A program made the translations under genes and the position numbers. The notes beneath the pieces were generated by a model. It did no database searches. It saw nothing but the letters and a program-made list of their open reading frames with translations, and was not told the DNA's origin. Positions 53,816 through 64,000 of a stretch of 64,000 nucleotides of DNA are shown here, one piece after another. The number at the start of each line of letters is the position of its first letter. Within the stretch, counting starts at the first letter, position 1. The stretch is from NCBI GenBank assembly GCA_951406725.2, contig OX597820.1:75206001-75270000 (forward strand). The letters run 5' to 3'. The stretch comes from Octopus vulgaris. Taxonomy: Eukaryota.

Positions 53816-54355
53816 TTATAAGAGGTAATGGTGTCATTGAGACATTACGTGTCAGGTAATGCTGAATAAGTTCTATAGACAGACCATAGTTATGTTCCAG
53901 GTTCGGTAATTTTGTGAATAAGGCGTTCAAAGTTGGTTCTATGTCAGCGTCTGTATATAAGAATTTTTTGCGTAATGAGATAAAAAAAAAACAAGGCTGT
54001 GTAGATATTAGAAGATTTATAGATAGAATGTCTTACAGCTGTTTCCAGGATATTTATTGATTATATCCCTTCATCGGAGACAGTGTGAGAGGATGGTTAA
54101 GTCATAGTTAGTTCAGATGTAATACAAAATAGAGAGTGAGGTGGAGGAAAGAAAATAGATGCAAGATATGTAGCGATATTGAAGTTGTAGATCCACTTTT
54201 TAGGCAGAATAGTGTATATGTAAGATCCAATACCTTATGAGAATGGTATATATGTAAGATTCCAATACCTTATGAGTAATGTCCAACAGAGTTTAAAATG
54301 GGTCCTTCCATACAGTCTATACACAATGTAAGATTATAATCTTACATTGTGTATA
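53813..54355 (-). mobile_element. Non-coding PLE pLTR-like fragment with hammerhead and a 38-bp perfect palindrome at its 5' end
   Basis: Abuts (TA)n at 53771-53812 and contains the HHR at 54029-54082. Palindrome tatacacaatgtaagatta|taatcttacattgtgtata at 54318-54355. Homologous to 32531-32745. Confidence 0.6.
54029..54082 (-). ncRNA. Minimal type I hammerhead ribozyme (U4C variant, GUA triplet) in a PLE pLTR-like repeat
   Basis: ugucu-CCGAUGA-a.gggauau.aaucaauaa.auauccu.g-GAAA-C.AGCU.G-UA-agaca. Stem I is 5 bp, stem II is 7 bp, stem III is palindromic. Confidence 0.72.
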
Positions 54356-55099
54356 AACTCTTATTTTGGTTTCCATCTACCAAATCTATTAACAAGACTT
54401 TAGTTTGCGCCTGTTATAATAGAGGATACCTGCCTAAGGTGACACATAATGAGACTGAACTCGGAACCCTGTGGTTGTAAAGCAAACTTTTTACCATTCA
54501 ACCACGCCGGCACTTGAAGATATATATATATATATATATGCATACAAACGTACATACAAACAACCACACAGAAACACATACACTATATATGTGTGTGTGT
54601 GTGTGTGTGTTTATAAACAATAATCACTCCTAGATATTTCCGGGCCTATTGAAATCTTTATTTTATTGATAGATTTATATTTCAACAATTTAAAGCATTA
54701 ATTAAATAAATATGTTGTTTTCGTTTTGGCTCTTTGTCATTCACGTGCTTTTGGCAATAAATCTATGGAAATTTATCAATTTAGCAGTTCGGTTTGTGTT
54801 ATATTTTATATCAACAAAGAAATCAAGGAACGTTTTAAATTCGGAAAACAGCTTCTGGCAGGCCAATTACATTCCAAGTAGCATTGGAATCTTTATTGAA
54901 GTCAATTGATTTCACTTACGCTAATTATTCCCTTGTTAAAATTTATTATGCTCACACAGACTTATTCGATTATCTTCACTATATACCCTTGTGTAAAATA
55001 GAGAATCACAAATGTTAATATAGTCTTTTCATCTGTGACACATTACTTCTTCCTATTGCAGAATTGGTCTATTCGCAGGCATTACGTCTTAATCGAACA

Positions 55100-55500
55100 T
55101 AAACGCTGCTGAGGCTGCATGTTAAGAAGTCTAGTTGACAACCACCAGTTATTGGGTTCAGTCCCACATTGTGGCACTTTGGATACATGTCTTCCATTAT
55201 ATAGTTTTGTGAATATAGCCTTGTTAATGGATTTGGTAGAAGAAAACTGAAAGAATCCCATCGTATGTGTGTGTGTGTGTGTGTGTGCGTGTGTTTATGT
55301 CTGAGTTTGCCCGTCTCCACCGTTTGATAATCAGTTTTTGGTATATTTACTCACCCGTGATTTAGTGGTTCGGCAAAAACTACTGATGGAATAACTTCAG
55401 AAAGAAAGTACTGGAGTCACTTCGTTCGACGAAAATCCCTCAAGTCGGTACCCCAGCGTGGGCGCAGTCTCAAGACAGATACTAATAAAACATAAATGAT
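55100..55500 (+). mobile_element. SINE family B, diverged
   Basis: gggttcagtcccacattgtggcac...ggatttggtaga...gtggttcggcaaaa. Confidence 0.7.
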
Positions 55501-55704
55501 AGGGGATATCAAATCCAGTACTAATTTCTCTCTTTAAAATCTTTTAATTATTTTCTTGTCCTCTTTTATCAGAATGCTAAGCTGGAAGGACGTAAACAAA
55601 CCAATAAATGTTGATACGTGGTAGGAGGACAAAAACAGACACCAAGAGACACACACGTGTATATATATATATATACACAAATATATATACATATATATAC
55701 ATGC

Positions 55705-55824
<120 letters not shown>

Positions 55825-55935
55825 GTATATCTATCTATCTGACTATCTATCAATCTCTCTCTCTACATATATATATAGCTCTCCACTAGTATTTGTTTGT
55901 CTTTCACGGCTGCTGAAGAGAACTAAGGTGTTATA

Positions 55936-56205
55936 ATGGAGGCAGTCGAGTGCAGATCCGTGATCAGGTTCTTATACTTGAGAGGTCGTACACCAAAAGA
56001 AACTTTCCATGAGATGAAAGAAGTTTTATGATGACGATGCACCATCATACAACGTGGTCAAGCGCTGGTATCGCCAGTCCATTCTTGGACGACCACATTA
56101 CGTCATTGATGACGACACAACCCTTAGAGTGGAGGCTGCCATTCCTCATCTTCTTACTCTCCCGACCTTGCACCATCTGACTTACCCTTCTTTGCAAACG
56201 TGAAT
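55936..56205 (+). pseudogene. Mariner transposase relic with large internal deletions
   Basis: MEAVECRSVIRFLYLRGRTPKETFHEMKEV...DDAPSYNVVKRWYRQ followed directly by YSPDLAPSD. Confidence 0.8.
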
Positions 56206-56229
56206 TTTTTTTTTTTCAGGGGGTGACAA

Positions 56230-57110
56230 GTTTCATGCAGTAATCTGAAAAAATCTGACTTTGAAAATACTTCCTTCTTCTTTTTATGAAGTGTCCAGCC
56301 TACTATGCCCCAGAATTGTTCAATAGAATTTATATCTGGCGACTGGGTTCGCTATGGGAACCTTATATTGCCATTCTCATCCAACAAATCTTGAGTTACT
56401 TTAGCCGAGTGACAAGTATCCCCATCTTCCACAAATAAAGAGTCTTCTTTAATCATTTCACCACTGGAGAAGATTGGAAGGTGTTCTTTCTGCAATATGG
56501 ACACATATATATCTGAGTATATGTTTTCGTGAAACTCCACCAGCTCTGATCAGCCATTGCTCCAAATTTCTCCACAGATCATCACAGAATAACTGTCTTG
56601 CTTCATTTTCGCTGCAATCATTTCACATCAAATTCTTGATAACAGAATCTCCGGACCCACGCTCGACTACTGTCAAGAAATACAGTAAATGTGAACTCAT
56701 CATAGAATATGAGAGTGTCTCAAAATGCTAGTGGCCTCTCCCCCATCTCACTGGCCCAATCCTTACCCCGCTTGATGCTGGCTGCTCTAAGTAGCTTCCT
56801 TCTTACTGCTCTGACATAGTAATCAAGTTTGCTATGTCAGAGGCATTACTACGAGGATTAAACTCCACCGTTCTCTTAACGAAGAGAAGGGTCCTGTTAG
56901 AGGCCTCTGGTTGATCTGGACGAGGTGATGCATACTCCTTCCCCTCTCTGGTAAATTGCACAACCACTCTATTAACTGTAGACAGCGGGGTCCCAGGGTT
57001 TTCTGTGATTTTACGCAATGTCCACGTTTAGAATGACCACAATATAGCCTCTTTGAAATTCAGACAGCTTCAAGGTTGTTTTTTTTTTTACATGGTATGA
57101 TTAAACAGTC
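56230..57110 (-). pseudogene. Tc1-like DD34E transposase relic
   Basis: HTH-like GTPLSTVNRVVVQFTREG. Catalytic region FVEDGDTCHSAKVTQDLLDENG...QSPDINSIEQFW with 34 residues between D and E. Contains stops and frameshifts. Confidence 0.8.
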
Positions 57111-57758
57111 ACATTAGAACCTGAAACAAAGATGTCAATTAATAAAAAATATAAATCATTACAAGTTCGAATAAACATAGAACGATGTTTTATGGCGTGT
57201 TAATTTACTTCTCTCATGTCTATGTATATCTATATATGTGCGTGTGTGTGTGTATGTGTATTTACATATATGCCAAATTTCGTTGGCATATAAACATTAA
57301 TATATATATATATCGTAATGTTTATTTCCCAACGGAATGTGGCAGTTGTATAAAAGACGATGTTTCTGTTTTTTAGCCCCAGGAAAGCATCGTTTCCAGC
57401 AGGCTATCAAAACATAGTTTGTGTTTGTATAGCATTGGCAAGGGAGGTCATTGCTCCCATTTCTAGCCTTACCTGAAACTCACTGACCTTGGTTTCTGGA
57501 TCAGATGTAGCACGGTATTTTGTCAGTGAACAGTTCGCGGTTTCAAATCGACGAAAATTTTTTGACAAATTAAATTTAAATACTGAAATGAGTATAACGG
57601 TTTTGTGTGTGTGTTTTTAATGGTTTATAAACTCCTTCCACGCTGCAATTGTATATATATATATGTGTGTGTGCGCGCGCGCGCACGTGTGTGTGTGTTT
57701 GTGTGTGTGCGTGTGTGTGTGTGTATGTGTGTGTATGTGTGTTTGTGTGTGTGCTCTA

Positions 57759-58000
57759 CTGCATTTCAGCCTCTGTGGCATTATTTATTGTGCAATCGTT
57801 GGTAAACATGAACTCGCACATTTTCTCCTCTTCCAATTTGGTCTTGGCCTGTGGTTTTCTTAGGTTGAGGGGTCTGTCTTCAGTCGTGAATCTGGTGTTG
57901 ATCATGCTTTCGTCGTTGTTAGAGAAATCTTCACCCAGAATAGTAGAAAACAACATGCTGAAAAGTGTAGGTATGAGTACACAGCCCTGACTCCGTTAGT
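57759..58000 (-). pseudogene. RTE (BovB-like) LINE reverse-transcriptase core fragment, inverted
   Basis: TNGV/QGCVLIPTLFSMLFS...RFTTEDRPLNLRKPQAKTK...FMFTNDCTINNATEAEMQ matches RTE RT GVKQGCVLAPTLF...LFNLRRLQAKTK...LFADDCAL. Confidence 0.85.
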
Positions 58001-58510
58001 GAGAAATGTGTTATATATCAATTGGCAAGACAAAGTCCCAGTCACAGAAAACCTCTCCCGAGCTAATCCGCCAAGCATTTACACACACTGCTGAGGACAA
58101 TGGAAATCAGGTGGTCGGGCCACTTTGTTCGAAGTCTTGACACGCAATTGCCCAATTAACTGCTTAATAGCGAACTGATTCCCGCAAGGTGGAGAATGAA
58201 AGCATTTCAAGGTCATTGAAAGCGTCACTAAGGAGCTTTAAGATTAACCCCGACACCTAGGAGAGCTGCACCAAAAGAATTGCCATCTTCTAGGAACAGA
58301 ACACGATTGCAGGGACACAACGAAAATGAGTACTTCGCATGTCCAGAGCTAACCTCTTGACTTCGGCTCTGATAGCCCGCCAGTATCTGGCCTAAATCGG
58401 AGACTTCCGAGCACGCATGGGACTGATTGACCGCAGTCGGTTACTCTGGGTCCCTCCTTCACCCATGTTACAACCTTTGTTATCGTCGACACGGAAGGTT
58501 GAACTAATTA
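58001..58510 (+). pseudogene. RTE (BovB-like) LINE 3' fragment
   Basis: RNVLYINWQDKVPVTENLSRANPPSIYT / IRWSGHFVRSLDTQLPN*LLNSEL / LKASLRSFKINPDT* / GDFRARMGLI are RTE ORF C-terminal motifs, followed by a short tail. Confidence 0.82.
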
Positions 58511-58559
58511 ATTTGTGTATGTGTGTGTGTGTGTGTGCGTGTGTGTGTGTATGCTTGTG

Positions 58560-59712
58560 TGTATTGTTATATCTGTAGATGGTCATTTCTTTTTCTTGAC
58601 AAATTTGCACACACCATATATATTCATTCTTCATTTGTTTATTATTTTTCTTATTTTATGTCCTATGTCTTGAAAGCTTTCGCCGCACGCACACTTGTGA
58701 CACCTTCGGCGACTTTCCATCCCACCTGTGTCCTCCTGTTCTGTTTAGTTGATTCTGCCTTTCTGTGGTGCGTCTCTTTACCTGTTCATGCGTTTGTGTT
58801 TGTATGCATGTGCGCGCGCGTGTGTGTACGCATCTCGATGTGTTCTGTGTGTTTTGCGTGTGTATATGAGCTTGTTCACTATAGTATTTATATCTGTGTT
58901 CTCGATGCATTCATTTATTTTCATTTACTCATTTATTTCTCTACTTTTCATCATTTCACCTTAAATGTGTGCATGTGTGTCTTTTGTGTATATATATATG
59001 AGTTTACGTAGTATAATGTTTGTATCTGTGTCTCATTTTTTGCTCCCGTCCTCTCTTTAGTCGTCATGTTGGGTAGTGCAGTTGTGTTGGGTGTTATTGT
59101 TCCATTCCTATTTGCTGTTAAAGCTCGGTCTGTTTATTACTATGTGTGTGGCTTCTGTTTTCTAAGTGCCGTGCCTGTTGTATGCATTGATAATGCCTAA
59201 ACATCAATATTATTTACCGGATCTCTATGTTCTAATTAAGCATGTTGGTAAAGTACTGATGAGAGTTTCTCTTCTTTGAGCTCCAGCCAGTGTGCACATG
59301 ACCGCTCTCCTATGCTACATGTCGTTTCAACAATGTAACATTTCTTTTGTTTTTCCATCATCACTCAGTACACCGAATGCAAACAGAACATTCCTAATCC
59401 TACAGTTAGCTTGTGGGCTCATACTATATACTATATAGTTTTTCTGCGTACACGGGAGCCTTTTCAATGAATATGTTCTAGAGATAAGGAATTGTATGGG
59501 GGTGCCTGGACTTTCTACTACTTTAATCGTTGATTTACTTTATCTAATGTATTCCTAAAAAGATATGCTAGTTTGTCGCTAGATGTAACATCAGCGGACA
59601 CGATAATCTGGTATTTTCGGTTGTCATAATATGTGCTGGCTATCTTCTGGATCTTTTCTACGTTGTTCTAGGATTTACTACTGTATAGAGGACGGATCCA
59701 TTTTGCATCAGA
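58560..59712 (-). pseudogene. Penelope-like retroelement relic: RT-EN linker, GIY-YIG endonuclease and probable 3' pLTR
   Basis: Minus-strand translation through stops/frameshifts: WIRPLYS...TIKVVESPGTPIQFL...NCRIRNVLFAF...CYIVETTCSIGERSCAH...SSVLYQHA...EATHIVINRPSFNSK. This matches the PLE GIY-YIG pattern (NVVY / YIGET..R..EH / EA..I....P.LN). A degenerate hammerhead-like motif lies at 58667-58713. Confidence 0.72.
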
Positions 59713-59752
<40 letters not shown>

Positions 59753-59961
59753 GATGAGAGTTTCTCTTCTTTATATATATATATATATATAACATAAGGG
59801 ACGAAAGCCATCGGAATATGGCTAGGGACAGGGCAGGGTGGTGGGGGTGTTACTGTTGCATTTAGCCCCAGGCGAACATCGACGTCGCCAGATAGGCTTG
59901 ACACCATCACGGTGTCCTTTAACCTGCAAAGGGAGATAATTCCCCGATGAAGCGGAAACCA

Positions 59962-60007
59962 CACACGGACCGTGGTTTCAAGGTGTATTGCCTATCGTCA
60001 ACGTGTG
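59962..60007 (-). ncRNA. Mirror copy of the hammerhead in the left palindrome arm
   Basis: Reverse complement of 60441-60486 with one change that breaks the stem III palindrome (CCACGG instead of CCAUGG). Confidence 0.6.
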
Positions 60008-60440
60008 GTAGGCCTCCGCTTCCTCGACGAAATCTCACTCTGCAGGATGTTCATATATAGATTTTCAAGCAAAATACATTTGCTGATTTCGAAAATCTGT
60101 TCGACAGCAATAATAATTCTCTAAAAGAGATATAGACAGTAACTGCTCGATAACATAAGGGACGAAAGCCATCTGAATATGGCTAGGGACAGGGCAGGGT
60201 GGTGGGGGTGTTCGCCTGGGGCTAAATGCAACAGTAACACCCCCACCACCCTGCCCTGTCCCTAGCCATATTCAGATGGCTTTCGTCCCTTATGTTATCG
60301 AGCAGTTACTGTCTATATCTCTTTTAGAGAATTATTATTGCTGTCGAACAGATTTTCGAAATCAGCAAATGTATTTTGCTTGAAAATCTATATATGAATA
60401 TCCTGCAGAGTGAGATTTCGTCGAGGAAGCGGAGGCCTAC

Positions 60441-60486
60441 CACACGTTGACGATAGGCAATACACCTTGAAACCATGGTCCGTGTG
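60441..60486 (+). ncRNA. Minimal type I hammerhead ribozyme (C3U core variant, GUC cleavage triplet)
   Basis: cacacg-UUGACGA-u.agg.caauaca.ccu.u-GAAA-C.CAUG.G-UC-cgugug. Stem I is 6 bp, stem II is short, stem III is palindromic. Predicted cut after 60480. Confidence 0.7.
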
Positions 60487-60700
60487 TGGTTTCCGCTTCA
60501 TCGGGGAATTATCTCCCTTTGCAGGTTAAAGGACACCGTGATGGTGTCAAGCCTATCTGGCGACGTCGATGTTCGCCTGGGGCTAAATGCAACAGTAACA
60601 CCCCCACCACCCTGCCCTGTCCCTAGCCATATTCAGATGGCTTTCGTCCCTTATGTTATCGAGCAGTTACTGTCTATATCTCTTTTAGAGAATTATTATG

Positions 60701-60737
<37 letters not shown>

Positions 60738-60994
60738 TACGTTTTATTTATTTTATTCTTTAAAAAATCAAGGTAGTAAAATATCAGCTATTTTTCTGTG
60801 TGAAACAAATTCAATATTTTATCCTTGAACAGTCTTTACATCACAGCGGCGTAATGTACAGGGCCATCATATTAAAAGTAACGCATTTTATATTTTAGAT
60901 GAAACGTCGAATTTTTATTATTGGAGTTTTTCTGCTATATTTTAGCAAATCTAGAGAATATTAAAGCTACAATTTTCATGTAATCTTGAAGTAT

Positions 60995-61355
60995 ACGGTT
61001 ATGTTGCCTGCTTTGTAACCGCGTGGTTTCATGTTCAGTTCCTCTGCGTGGCACCTTGGGTAACTGTTCTTCTATTACAGTCCCGGGCCGACTAATATCT
61101 TTTAAGTGAAGTAGGTAGGCAGAAGCTGTGGAAAGCCTGTCGTGTGTTTATGTGAGTCGTTTTGTGTGATTGTCACCTCTTCCCCACTGTCTCAAAGCTG
61201 TTGCCGAGTTTTTAAGTCCCCGCAACTTAGCAACTCGGCAAACGAAACCTAAATAATAATATGTATTGATATCGATTTGTTCGGCTTCAATCCTTCATGT
61301 CGGTGCCCCAGTATGGCGGTGCTGTAGTCCAATGCCTGAAACAAGAAAAAAAGAT
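60995..61355 (+). mobile_element. SINE family B, diverged
   Basis: gcgtggcaccttggg...gtccccgcaacttagc...ggtgccccagtatggc...gaaacaag. Confidence 0.7.
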
Positions 61356-62124
61356 AAGTTAAAAGATTATCATCTAAAATTATTATTATGAAGAAATATA
61401 TTCCTCCTTAATATTAGATTTCACACTGGATCAAATGAAATTTTATTAAATCTCATCTGATGATATTTTCATTAAAAAGAATTTTTTTTCTAAATTTATA
61501 AGATAATTTCCAGATCAAAAATTTTAATATTTTAAAGTAGGAAATATTTCTTTGCGTTTCATTCTGTTAAAAACAGGGTTATTTATCAACGAATCAAGAA
61601 GTAATTTAAACCATTAAAAATGATTACAATTGATTAAAGCAGATTTTGCAATATATCTCAGTTTATAGATTTAAACCGGCTGTAGCCACTCGCTAATTTA
61701 CTAATTTTTATCGTTGCATAAATTTTTAGAAAAAGCTACACAAAAAAAACAAAAACATCATAATAAATATTATGCAATCTATAAAGTGGTTCGTATTTTA
61801 ATGTTAAAAAAAAAATCAAATGTGTTATTAGCTCGAGTTGTTTAATGAGAATCTATATATAAGGCAAATGTTTGCTTGACATAATTATCAAACATATTTA
61901 GCCAACCATATCGTTAGAAGTTCATATTTTTTATGAAACCATACAGCTTCTATTGCAAATCGATTGCAATTAAAAAGTTCAAGAGCAATAGAAACGTTAT
62001 GAAAGATCTATTTGATTTCAAAACAATTAGATATACGTAAAAACATTCAAGCAACCTTAAGCATATTTGATATAGTAAAACATGAGCGTTCATTACAAAG
62101 TGTTTTACAGAATATCTTTCTCGT

Positions 62125-62330
62125 GATGGCAAGTCGGCAGAATCATTAGCCCATGGAACAAAAATGCTTACCGGCACTTCACCTGCTTCTTTACGATCCG
62201 AGTTCAAATCCGGCTGGGGACAACTCTACTATCCATCCCTTGGGGTCGATGGAATAAAGCACAACCCCAGCATTGAAGATGATATAACAGATCGGACCCT
62301 TCTCCTTGAAATCGCTTGCTTTGAGCCTTG
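62125..62330 (+). mobile_element. Diverged SINE family A
   Basis: ggcagaatcattag head, gagttcaaatcc B-box, ccatcccttggggtcgatgga core. Confidence 0.62.
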
Positions 62331-63448
62331 CAACAGATCGGTCTCCCTTTCAGGTGGAATGCTGTCACCTCGATTACCCATACGTCATGAAACCTGCTAA
62401 TCGGTGTTAAATATCGAAGGAGCTGAGAAATGTTTTACAGACTACTTCTAAATTGAAAAACTCGTTAAGACGAATAATTTCATCTCCTATATTTATTCAG
62501 ATTATCATTGGCAGTATTACTTGTATATAACTGATTCTGTACTACTATTGTTATAGCTTCTGCTCATAAGAAATGAATGGCCTCAAGTAACTTCGAAGAA
62601 AACTCTCCCCAACACTCGTCACCCTTATCATGTTGCCCTCCTCAACGGACCTAACTGAACATTATCAACATATTTTCCCTTTCTTTGAAGTTTTAATCTT
62701 TGAAATGTTTCTTATGCGACATCGATTTGTTACTATCCTAGAAGAATAGAGAGATTTTCCATCTTACTCGTATCGGAAGGCATCCGAATGCCTTGGACCG
62801 AATTATTATCCCTAATACAAAGCAGATTTGCTGTCTCCAGATGTTATTGCTAAGCTGTTGCTACACAAGAAAAGCAGTAACAATGACTGTGTTCTGTTTA
62901 AAAACGAATGGAAAGTAAACATTCTCAGGTCAATTAAGCCCCACTTTTAGTCTATTAATCTGTCTACTTAAACCATGACTGTGCAGTAGTAATTGAAATC
63001 AATTCATTGTAGCAACCCTGTTATTTTACTCAACATAAAATATTATAAGTATAGAAATATTGAAGCGCTAATACAGGAACGTTCTTTCTTTTTTCTTTTA
63101 ATTTTTGTGAAAAACAAAATTTGCGCTGTAAAAAAATACTGGTGTAGAGCGCTTAACTTGAAGCCTGTTAAAGTGTCTCAAGAATGTCGGAAGCAGAGTA
63201 AGTGTTTCAAAGAATCTACCTAAGTCGATAGCGGTTATTGACTTCAGTTGGAATAACGAAGGCGATGCTTTTTGCGTAACAATTATTTGACTGAATTAAA
63301 CGATTCTGTTCTTCTTCAATAAGCTACTAGCACTGCTTCCTAGTTTCGTGGGAAATAGCATACGTTGAACATAAATGTAAAAGTGAGCACATAATAATTA
63401 GCACAATTTAAATTAATATACAAGTTGCAGCATCCACCCCACAAAAAA

Positions 63449-63492
63449 ATAATAATGATAATAATAACAACAACAACAACAACAACAACAAT

Positions 63493-63535
<43 letters not shown>

Positions 63536-63549
63536 TCAACAAAAATAAA

Positions 63550-63632
<83 letters not shown>

Positions 63633-63880
63633 TAAAACGAAACAAAGGAATTACTGATTAGGTTACATTTGACGGCATTGTACATATCTTATCTACATTC
63701 ATTAAAAAAAAATACAATTTCTTGTTAACTTTTCCATACTGATTACAGGAAACAACAGCAGATTTTGTCAGTTATACATTGTTCTTCATGCGTACTATCT
63801 GTCCCTCTATTTTACCTTCTACCTCCCTTCCTCTTTCTATACCTATCTATCTATCTTTCTATCTATCTATCTATCTATCC

Positions 63881-63924
<44 letters not shown>

Positions 63925-63964
63925 GTATATCTAGCTGTCTGTCTATCTATCCCTCTAGCTATCC

Positions 63965-64000
<36 letters not shown>
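63449..64000. repeat. (AAC)n/(AAT)n and (TATC)n microsatellites
   Basis: 63449-63630 and 63840-64000. Confidence 0.95.

Larger units (their letters stand above)
59789..60698. mobile_element. Palindromic, partially tandem 361-bp hammerhead-containing element (retrozyme-like / PLE pseudo-LTR-like)
   Basis: Arms 59789-60212 and 60236-60659 are reverse complements (3 mismatches seen, 23-bp spacer). Internal period is 361 bp (taacataaggg at 59790 and 60151; gttcgcctgggg at 60210 and 60571). Flanked by (TA)n on both sides. Confidence 0.85.

Noticed and set aside
59252-59277. CTGATGA-gag-ttt-ctc as a hammerhead core (also 59747-59772)
   Set aside because: No GAAA or stem III follows, and it is antisense to PLE coding sequence.
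59668-60828. Twin ORFs MWFPLHRGIISLCRLKD... on opposite strands
   Set aside because: They arise from the palindrome, run into (TA)n and have no recognisable domain.

Overview
This is AT-rich, microsatellite-saturated animal genomic DNA. The repeat landscape looks like an octopod cephalopod (inference, unconfirmed). There is one host gene: the first coding exon of a heparan-sulfate 3-O-sulfotransferase (HS3ST, 27970->26658, minus strand). No downstream HS3ST exon was recognised, so about 1-26.6 kb is probably intron. The rest is transposon-derived: a young 5'-truncated Tx1/L1-clade LINE with an uninterrupted ORF2, RTE, R4-like and CR1-like LINE relics, mariner/Tc1/DD37D relics, a Penelope-like (PLE) GIY-YIG relic, and many tRNA-derived SINEs. 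The most interesting layer is non-coding. Several unrelated short elements sit in (TA)n tracts and carry minimal type I hammerhead ribozymes and/or fold-back ends. The best case is a 361-bp, highly structured, hammerhead-bearing retrozyme-like unit that forms a ~870-bp palindrome (59789-60698) next to the PLE relic. Also notable are a SINE variant whose 3' tail resembles the Tx1 LINE 3' end and which forms arrays joined at one fixed site, an RTE copy with twin-priming geometry, and a 527-bp inverted duplication tied to a palindromic mariner derivative. Everything was read by eye, so boundaries of degenerate repeats are approximate.
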